The translations under genes were made by a program, and so were the position numbers. From an uncultured Solirubrobacterales bacterium (GTDB taxonomy: Bacteria; Actinomycetota; Thermoleophilia; Solirubrobacterales; JBBDJG01): a stretch of 64,000 nt of DNA. The notes under the pieces were generated by a model, which made no database searches, was not told the DNA's origin, and worked only from the letters and a program-made list of their open reading frames with translations. Shown piece by piece: positions 53,354 through 60,581 of the stretch (its first letter is position 1; each line of letters opens with the position of its first letter). The stretch is from the NCBI GenBank assembly GCA_963780475.1, contig CAWACB010000008.1:617857-681856 (forward strand). Direction: 5' to 3'.

Positions 53354-54064
53354 ATGCCGGTCCCCGTGCGGTCCCGTGCGCTCAAAAACGCCCGTCTCTG
53401 GCTCGCCGTGGCGCTCGCCACGGCCCTTCCCGTGATGACCGCGTGCAACGAGAGCGGCGGCGACGAGACCGCCGGGAAGGAGCTCTTCACCCAGCGCTGC
53501 GGCGCGTGCCACGTGCTCAACGACGCGGGAACGAAGGGCGTCCAGGGCCCCAACCTCGACTACGCGTTCCAGCAGTCGATCAAGGACGGCCTCGGCCGGA
53601 GCACGATCGAGGCCGTGGTCCGCGAGCAGATCGACATGCCGATGGGCAAGGAGATGCCGGCGGACCTGGTGAAGGGCAAGGAAGCAGACTCGGTCGCGGC
53701 CTACGTCGCGAGCGCCGTCGGGAAGCCCCCGGCGGCCGGCGGGGGCGCAGCCGGCGGGGCCGCCTCCGGGACCGCCGAGGCGAACGCGCAGAACGTGGTC
53801 GACATACCGGCCGACCCGAACGGGCAGCTCGCCTACAAGTACAAGAGCGCCACGGCCAAGGCCGGCAAGATCACGCTCGAGTCCACCAACGACTCGACCG
53901 TCCCCCACGACATCGGACTGAAGGGCGGCCCCGTAGGCAAGGAGGTCTCGGGTGGCGCGACCTCGAAGATCGAGGTCGACCTAAAGCCGGGGAGCTACAC
54001 CTTCTACTGCAGCGTGCCGGGCCACGAGCAGGCCGGGATGAAGGGCAGCCTCTCCATCAAGTAA
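53354..54064 (+). CDS. lipoprotein: class I c-type cytochrome domain fused to a type-1 copper cupredoxin domain
   Basis: ATG at 53354 with lipobox VMTAC. Heme motif CGACH plus DMPMG. A Gly/Ala linker follows. Cupredoxin ligands are VPHDI and YCSVPGHEQAGM. Confidence 0.8.
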   Translation: MPVPVRSRALKNARLWLAVALATALPVMTACNESGGDETAGKELFTQRCGACHVLNDAGTKGVQGPNLDYAFQQSIKDGLGRSTIEAVVREQIDMPMGKEMPADLVKGKEADSVAAYVASAVGKPPAAGGGAAGGAASGTAEANAQNVVDIPADPNGQLAYKYKSATAKAGKITLESTNDSTVPHDIGLKGGPVGKEVSGGATSKIEVDLKPGSYTFYCSVPGHEQAGMKGSLSIK

Positions 54065-54716
54065 TTCCGCGGCCGGCCTCGCGCTCGAGGTCGACGACGA
54101 CGTGGGTGACGGGGATCTCGAAGCGCTCTCGCGCGCGCTCGACGACGCCCCGCTCGAGCCAGTTGGAGCGGCCCAGCGGGTGCGTCGAGATGATCACCTC
54201 GTCGGCCGGGAACTTCCGCAGCTCGTCCTCCATCGCCTGGACGGGGTCGCCGTCGCCGATGTCGCCCTCTGCTGCCAGCCCGTCGCGCTCGAGCGTCGAG
54301 AGGATGCTCTGCAGCCGCTCGGCGGCCGCGGAGCGTGCGCCGTCCTCGTCGGATGCCCATGTCTTGAGCCGCGTGTTGAGCGCCGGGGTGACGACGCGAA
54401 TCTCGGCGTCCTTGCCCTGGCATCGGTGCTCGATCTCGTGCCGCAGGGCGGCGCCGGTGAGTGTCTCGTTGGCCACCACGAGGATGCGCACCGTTCCGTC
54501 GCCGTCGCCGCGGCGCCTCAGGTCCACGCGCTCTGGCTTGCGGTCCTCACGCCGCATCAGAAAGGCGGCCACGAGCCCGATCGTCAGGCCGCCGGCCACG
54601 CCGATCGCGACCTCGGAGTCCCAGATGACTGCCGCCAGCACGATGGGCGCGACCAGTACCGCGACGATCAGGGTGAAGCGGAAGGCCTCCTGCTCGGATC
54701 TGAGTGGATTGATCAC
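54057..54716 (-). CDS. membrane-anchored USP/HUP-like domain protein (third copy of the CtaD-appended domain)
   Basis: GTG start after GGAAGGAGG, 24 nt downstream of ctaE. Two TM helices are followed by RILVVANETLTG...DEVIISTHPLGRSNWLERGVVERARERFEIPVTHVV. Confidence 0.75.
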   Translation of the reverse strand: MINPLRSEQEAFRFTLIVAVLVAPIVLAAVIWDSEVAIGVAGGLTIGLVAAFLMRREDRKPERVDLRRRGDGDGTVRILVVANETLTGAALRHEIEHRCQGKDAEIRVVTPALNTRLKTWASDEDGARSAAAERLQSILSTLERDGLAAEGDIGDGDPVQAMEDELRKFPADEVIISTHPLGRSNWLERGVVERARERFEIPVTHVVVDLEREAGRGIT

Positions 54717-54740
54717 CGAGGCCTCCTTCCGTATCGGTGC

Positions 54741-55370
54741 CTAGAGGATGTAGACGGTCAGGAACACGATGATCCACATAACGTCGACGAAGTGCCAGTA
54801 GATGCCTGCCATCTCGACGCCCATATGGTCCTCGGTCTTCGGGCCGAAGTGCCCGCGGAGCGCTCGCGTGGCCATGATCGCCAGCAGAGTCAGCCCGACG
54901 AAGACGTGCAGGCCATGGAGCCCGGTGAGCCCATAGAAAGCCGACGCCCAGGCGCCGTCATGGATCGCGAACCCGGCCTTGAAGTACTCGTTGATCTGCG
55001 TGCAGAGGAAGGTCACCCCGAGGAAGAAGGTCGCCACCAGGCCGAGCTGCAGGCCGAACCGGTTGTTCTGCCGGATCGAGTGGAGCGCGTAGTGCATCGT
55101 GAAGCTCGAGGACACCAGCACAGCAGTGTTCATCGACGCGACGGGGACCGGGAACTCGAACGGCTCCGGTGGGAACGGCGTGTTCGCCACGACGCGGATG
55201 AAGAACATCGCCGTGAAGAACGACCCGAACAGCATCGCCTCGGAGACGATGAAGAGCAGCACCCCCAGCACCTGGGGGTGCACGCGGGAGCTGCGGTTGG
55301 CCGTCGGCGGGCCGTGATGGTGATCCTCGTGAGCGAGTCCGTGCGGGTGGGCGACGCTGGCGGATTCCAC
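54741..55370 (-). CDS. ctaE: cytochrome c oxidase subunit III
   Basis: 209 aa. Motifs LFIVSEAMLFGSFF, GLHGLHVFVG, YWHFVDVMWI. Confidence 0.9.
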   Translation of the reverse strand: MESASVAHPHGLAHEDHHHGPPTANRSSRVHPQVLGVLLFIVSEAMLFGSFFTAMFFIRVVANTPFPPEPFEFPVPVASMNTAVLVSSSFTMHYALHSIRQNNRFGLQLGLVATFFLGVTFLCTQINEYFKAGFAIHDGAWASAFYGLTGLHGLHVFVGLTLLAIMATRALRGHFGPKTEDHMGVEMAGIYWHFVDVMWIIVFLTVYIL

Positions 55371-55383
55371 TAGTCCACTGCTC

Positions 55384-58269
55384 CTACGCGGTCAGCTCGA
55401 CGGGGGTGGGAACGTCGCTTGTCACGTGCTCGACCGGCAGGCCGGTAGCCCGGCGGGCCCGGTTCGGAAGGTCGCCCCGCAGCCAGTTCGAGCGGTAGCT
55501 CGGCAGCGTAGAGATCACGATCTCGTCGACGTGGTCGTACTGGTGCGCGTTGACGATCGCCGTCAGCGGGTCGGGGTGGGTGACGTAGCCGGTCACGTCG
55601 AGCCCGGCCCGCCGGAGCTCCCGCAGGGTCTGGTCGAGCCGCTCCTGCGCGGCCTCGGTGGCCTGCCCGTCGGCGCCGTCCTGGGGCGCGATCACGGTGA
55701 ACCGGTGCGGAGCCTCGGTCGAGCGCCGCTCCAGCGTCTCGATCAGGGGCCGGCCCCCGATCGTCTGGTTTGCGACGACGAGCGTGTGCTTGAACGGCTC
55801 CTCGGTGAGGTTCACCTCGACGTGCTCGACCGGGATCTTCGCGAACGTCCGGATCCGCCCGATCAGGTCCCTGCGCAGGAACCCCGAACGCGGGTAGGGC
55901 AGCGTGGAGATGATGATCTCGTCTGCGCCCCACAGCCGCAGCGCGTCCTGGGTAGCCAGGAACGGGTCGGGATCCATCACCTCGCCCCGCGCCTCGATGC
56001 CGAGCTCCTTCATCCGGTCCAGCAGCTGCTCGAGCCGGATACCGGCGGCCGACTTCACCGTGTGGTCGTAGATCACGAAGCCGCGCTGCGGCTCGTTCTG
56101 GGGCGTCGCGATGGTGACGCGGATCGGCCCCTGGGCGGCGCGGCGCTCGATCGCTTCCAGGAGCCGCCGGCCGGCGACGGTCTCGTTGGGGACGACCAGG
56201 ACGTGGGCTGGCCGGCCGGTAGGGGTGTTGGAGAAGCAGCCTCCATCACTCTCGCCTGGGCCCGCCCGGCTCATCCGGCTCGTCCGGCTCGCTGCCGGCG
56301 CCGTGCCCGCCGGCATGGCCGTTGCCATCCCCGTCGCCATGCCTGCGCCGCTGGTGGCGACCTCCGATCCCGCCGGCACCGTCACCTTGGCGCGCTCACC
56401 GTCGAGGACTGCGTGCACGGCGCCGGGCACGCCGTATTCGTAGGGCCCGCCCACGACCTGCGGGATCTCGTCGAAGTTGAAGATCGGCGGCGGCGAGGAC
56501 ACCTGCCACTCGAGCGTGCGGGCGCGCCAGGGGTTGGCCGGCGCCGGCGGCCCGAAGGCCCAGCTGACGATCATGTTGTAGAAGAAGACCAGCGTCGACA
56601 GGCCGAGGATGAACGCGCCGATCGTGACCACGAAGTTCCAGGCGGCGAACTGATCCGCGTAGTCGGCCACGCGGCGCGGCATTCCCTCGAGGCCGAGCCA
56701 GTGCATCGGCCCGAACGTCAGGTTGAACGCGATGAACGTCATCCAGAAGTGGATCTTGCCGAGCCGCTCGTCGAACATCTTGCCGGTCATCTTCGGGAAC
56801 CAGTAGTAGATCCCGGCAAAGATCGTGAACATGCTGCCTCCGAACAGCACGTAGTGGAGGTGCGCCACGACGAAGTACGTGTCGGACGTGTGGATGTCCA
56901 CCGGGATCGCGGCGAGCATGATGCCGCTGATGCCCCCGAGCGTGAAGGTCACGATGAACCCGAGCGCGAACAGCATCGGCGTCGACATCTCCAGCACCCC
57001 TTGCCACAGCGTCGCCAGCCAGCTGAAGATCTTCACCCCCGTCGGCACGGCGATCAGCATCGTCGTGATCATCATCGGGACGCGCAGCCAGTCCTGCATC
57101 CCCGAGACGAACATGTGGTGCGCCCACACCGTGAAGCCGAGGAACAGGATCGCCACGAGCGACATGGCCATCAGGCGATAGCCGAAGATCGGCTTGCGCG
57201 ACTTGGCGGAGATGACCTCGGAGATGATCCCGAAGCCCGGCAGGACCATGATGTAGACGGCCGGGTGCGAGTAGAACCAGAAGATGTGCTGATACGAGAG
57301 CACGTCGCCGCCGAAGGCCGGGTCGAAGAAGTGAGCGTTCAGCGCACGGTCGAGCAGGACCAGGAACTGCGAGCCGGCGACGAAGGGGGTCGCGATCACA
57401 ACCAGCAGCGATGTCGTGAAGTTCGCCCAGACCAGCAGCGGCAGGCGCCAGAAAGTCATCCCGGGCGCACGCATAGTGATGATCGTGACCAGGAAGTTCA
57501 GCGCGGTCATGATCGACGAGGTGCCCGCGAACTGGACCCCGATCGTGAAGAACTGTTGCCCCAACGGGGCATCGGTGGACAAGGGCGCATAGGCGGTCCA
57601 GCCCGTGTTGAAGGCCCCTCCGTCCGGCACCAGGAAGCTCGCCACCATCATGAACCCGGCGACCGGCAGGAGCCAGTAGCTGAGCGCGTTCAGGCGCGGG
57701 AACGCCATGTCCGGCGCGCCGATCATGAGCGGGAGCACGTAGTTCGCGAGTCCCGCGAAGATCGGGATGACGACCAGGAAGATCATCAGCGCCGCGTGGA
57801 CCGAGAAGAGGCCGTTGTAGGTGTTCGAGTCCACCACCTGCTGGCCCGGCTGGGCCAGCTCGGCCCGGATCACCTCGGCCAGCAGCCCGCCGACCGCCAG
57901 GAAGAACAGCGCGGTGACCGTGTACTGGATGCCGATCACCTTGTGGTCGGTGTTGACCTTGAAGTAGTCCTTCCAGCTGCGCGCGCCGTGGTCGGCGTGG
58001 TCGTCCGGCCTGGTCGGAGAGCCGATCATGTAGCGGCCCCAGTAGTCGAAGCCGCCGATCCCGACCAGGAAGCCGAGCGGCGCCGCGAGCAGGATCACGG
58101 TCACGATCGGCTCGTCCACCCACAGGTCCTGGCCGTAGAGCGCCCGTACCGCGACTACGAGCCCCGTGACCAATGCAGCAGCCGCGACCGTCATCCAGGC
58201 CGCCCGCAGGAAGCCCGGCCGCATCAGCCGGGGCGCGGTGTGAGGCACAGCAGCCACCCCTGCGCTCAT
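55384..58269 (-). CDS. ctaD: cytochrome c oxidase subunit I with a 2-TM N-terminal extension and two C-terminal USP/HUP-like domains (as assembled)
   Basis: The ATG at 58269 overlaps the ctaC stop (ATGA). 961 aa. HCO core from KDYFKVNTDHKVIGIQY to TLEWQVSSPPP. A ~70-aa low-complexity linker follows. Domains at about 56205-55800 (HVLVVPNETVAG...DEIIISTLPYPRSGFLRRDL) and about 55791-55387 (HTLVVANQTIGG...DEIVISTLPSYRSNWLRGDL). Confidence 0.8.
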   Translation of the reverse strand: MSAGVAAVPHTAPRLMRPGFLRAAWMTVAAAALVTGLVVAVRALYGQDLWVDEPIVTVILLAAPLGFLVGIGGFDYWGRYMIGSPTRPDDHADHGARSWKDYFKVNTDHKVIGIQYTVTALFFLAVGGLLAEVIRAELAQPGQQVVDSNTYNGLFSVHAALMIFLVVIPIFAGLANYVLPLMIGAPDMAFPRLNALSYWLLPVAGFMMVASFLVPDGGAFNTGWTAYAPLSTDAPLGQQFFTIGVQFAGTSSIMTALNFLVTIITMRAPGMTFWRLPLLVWANFTTSLLVVIATPFVAGSQFLVLLDRALNAHFFDPAFGGDVLSYQHIFWFYSHPAVYIMVLPGFGIISEVISAKSRKPIFGYRLMAMSLVAILFLGFTVWAHHMFVSGMQDWLRVPMMITTMLIAVPTGVKIFSWLATLWQGVLEMSTPMLFALGFIVTFTLGGISGIMLAAIPVDIHTSDTYFVVAHLHYVLFGGSMFTIFAGIYYWFPKMTGKMFDERLGKIHFWMTFIAFNLTFGPMHWLGLEGMPRRVADYADQFAAWNFVVTIGAFILGLSTLVFFYNMIVSWAFGPPAPANPWRARTLEWQVSSPPPIFNFDEIPQVVGGPYEYGVPGAVHAVLDGERAKVTVPAGSEVATSGAGMATGMATAMPAGTAPAASRTSRMSRAGPGESDGGCFSNTPTGRPAHVLVVPNETVAGRRLLEAIERRAAQGPIRVTIATPQNEPQRGFVIYDHTVKSAAGIRLEQLLDRMKELGIEARGEVMDPDPFLATQDALRLWGADEIIISTLPYPRSGFLRRDLIGRIRTFAKIPVEHVEVNLTEEPFKHTLVVANQTIGGRPLIETLERRSTEAPHRFTVIAPQDGADGQATEAAQERLDQTLRELRRAGLDVTGYVTHPDPLTAIVNAHQYDHVDEIVISTLPSYRSNWLRGDLPNRARRATGLPVEHVTSDVPTPVELTA

Positions 58270-58997
58270 TCTACGAGGCCTCCCACCAGGTTCTGCTCGC
58301 GGCGCTGCTTGGCCGCCCAGCGGTCGAAGCTGGCCTGGGTCTCGACGACGACCCGGGCCCGCATGGTCGAATGGCCGAGGCCGCACAGCTCGGTGCAGGC
58401 GAGCGCGTAGCGCCCCGGCCGGTCCGGCGTCACGCGGACCTTCGTGGTGAGCCCGGGCACCAGGTCCCGCTTCATCCGGAACTCCGGCACCCAGAACGAG
58501 TGCAGGACGTCCTTGGCGTTCATCTCGAACTGGTACGGCGTGCCCGCGACCAGATGCAACTCGGCCGACTTCAGCTTCGGCTGCTGGTACTCGAAGGCCC
58601 ACGCAAACTGCTGCGCCACGACGTGGATCTCCTTCGTACCGGCCTTGCTCTCCTCGATGTCGCGCAGCACGAGGCCCGAGTAGACCGCCGCACCGACCAT
58701 CAGGACAGCCGGGATCGCGGTCCAGATCACCTCGAGGCGCGAATTGCCGTGGATCGGCTGGCCGTCGCGCGGGTCGTTGTATCGGCGCCGGAAATGCACC
58801 ACCGCTACCAACAGGATCGAGACCACGAGCGCGAAGATGTAGGCCGAGAGGACCGCGAGCACGTCGTAGAGCGTGTCGATCGGGCCCGCCTGGGTCGAGC
58901 TCTCCTCCGGCAGCCAGGGAACGGTGAGCACGAGCGCCGACATGGCGGTGCCCAGGGCGAGCGTCCAGAGGAGCACCTGTACGAACGGATTCCGCAT
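58266..58997 (-). CDS. ctaC: cytochrome c oxidase subunit II
   Basis: Starts MRNPFVQVLLW at 58997, overlapping the upstream stop (TGATG). CuA motif HSFWVPEF...CTELCGLGHSTM. Confidence 0.9.
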   Translation of the reverse strand: MRNPFVQVLLWTLALGTAMSALVLTVPWLPEESSTQAGPIDTLYDVLAVLSAYIFALVVSILLVAVVHFRRRYNDPRDGQPIHGNSRLEVIWTAIPAVLMVGAAVYSGLVLRDIEESKAGTKEIHVVAQQFAWAFEYQQPKLKSAELHLVAGTPYQFEMNAKDVLHSFWVPEFRMKRDLVPGLTTKVRVTPDRPGRYALACTELCGLGHSTMRARVVVETQASFDRWAAKQRREQNLVGGLVE

Positions 58998-59608
58998 CAC
59001 TCGACCGTCACATCCTGCTCCATTCCCGACTGGGCATGCCCCGGAACGGTGCACCAGAAGCGGTATTTGCCGGGCTTCAGGTCCACCTTCAGGTCTGCTT
59101 TTCCGCTGGCCTTGATCAACGGCGTCTTCTTCTCGGTGCCGTTTTCGATCGCGAGGTCGTGCTCGATCTTGCCGTCGTTCGCGACCTGGAAGTCGTAGGC
59201 CCCGGCCTTCAGGTCATTGCCGCCCTCGATCTCGATCGAGAACTCCTTCTCCTTGACCGGGACCACCTTGGCCTTGGCGGCCGCTCCCTCGCCTTCAGGC
59301 ACGGAGTTGCTGCCGCCGCCCTCGGATTCCTCTTTCGCGGCGCGCTCCTCGCCGGGTTCCTTGGCCTCCTGGTTCGCCTCGGCGTCCTTTTCGAGCTGCT
59401 CCTCCGCGGCGGCCTCCTCGAGCGGGTGCTCGACGTGGGTGACCGACACCAGCACGACCACGGTTACCAGCGTCAGGGCGATCGCGAAGCCCATCAGGGC
59501 CCGCGCCATAGAGCCGGTCGGCGGGAAATTCTTCTGAGTAAGCCCGACCGCCGCGAGCCCGAGCGCCCACGCGACCGAGATACCCGCCAGGACGTAGTAC
59601 CCCGTCAT
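58997..59608 (-). CDS. membrane-anchored type-1 copper cupredoxin (plastocyanin/halocyanin-like)
   Basis: 203 aa with two N-terminal TM helices and an acidic Glu/Ala/Lys linker. Cupredoxin ligands are IEHDL and FWCTVPGHAQSGM. It is the first gene of the cta operon. Confidence 0.8.
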   Translation of the reverse strand: MTGYYVLAGISVAWALGLAAVGLTQKNFPPTGSMARALMGFAIALTLVTVVVLVSVTHVEHPLEEAAAEEQLEKDAEANQEAKEPGEERAAKEESEGGGSNSVPEGEGAAAKAKVVPVKEKEFSIEIEGGNDLKAGAYDFQVANDGKIEHDLAIENGTEKKTPLIKASGKADLKVDLKPGKYRFWCTVPGHAQSGMEQDVTVE

Positions 59609-59704
59609 GCGGGCGCGAGTCTAGACGATCGATCCCCCCTTCCCGCAGCCCAAGCGAGGTAGGCTTGAAGGTTCCGGCCCGACTACTGGGGCATTGGACT
59701 TCAC

Positions 59705-60575
59705 ATGGAGATCGGAATCGGCCTCCCCAACGCGATTCCCGACACCGACGGCCCGACCCTGCTGGAATTCGCCCGGTCGCGCCGACCGGGCCGGGTTCTC
59801 GAGCCTCGGGACGGTCGACCGCCTCGTGTACCCGAACCACGAGCCGCTCGTGGCCCTGGGCGCCGCTGCGGCCGTGACGGAGCGCATCCGCATCGCTCCC
59901 ACCGTGCTGCTTGCGCCCTACCGGATGAACACTCCTTTGCTCGCGAAGCAGCTCGCGACCGTGGATGTCCTTTCGGGCGGCAGGCTCTGGGTCGGAATCG
60001 GACTCGGCGCGCGCGAAGACGACTACCGGGCGAGTGGAGCGTCCTGGAAGACCCGCGGCCGGACCCTCGACGAGCAGCTCCGGGGCCTCAAGAGCATCTG
60101 GGCCGGCGAGCCCTACGCGGGCACCGGCCCGATCGGGCCCCGACCCGCCCAGGACGGCGGTCCTCCGGTGATCGTCGGCGGCGGCGCGGACGCGGCGTTC
60201 GAGCGCGCCGCCCGTTACGGCGACGGCTGGATCATGGGCGCGAGCACGCCCGGACAGTACGCCGAGCGAGCGGGCGCCTTCGAGGCGGTGTGGGAGAAGT
60301 CGGGCCGCAGCGAACGGCCGGTGAAGAAGTCACTGGCCTACTTCTGGCTTGGCCCGCAAGCCGAGGAGAGTGCCCAAGCGAACCTGGGCCACTACTACGA
60401 GTGGCTCGGAGAGGAGCTGGTGGGCATGATCGTCGGCAGCGCCGCCACGACCCCCGAGATGGCGAAGCAGTACGCGGACGGATTCGCCGAGGCCGGCTGC
60501 GACGAGTTGATCTTCTTCCCCGGCTCCAACGAGCCTGAGCAGGTGGAGATGCTTGCCGAGGCCGTGCTGCGGTAG
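59705..60575 (+). CDS. luciferase-like (LLM class) flavin/F420-dependent oxidoreductase (frame break near 59782)
   Basis: MEIGIGLPNAIPDTDGPTLLEFAR (ORF 59705) continues as DRAGFSSLGTVDRLVYPNHEPL...GRLWVGIGLG (ORF 59694-60575). Confidence 0.75.
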
Positions 60576-60581
60576 TTCCCC

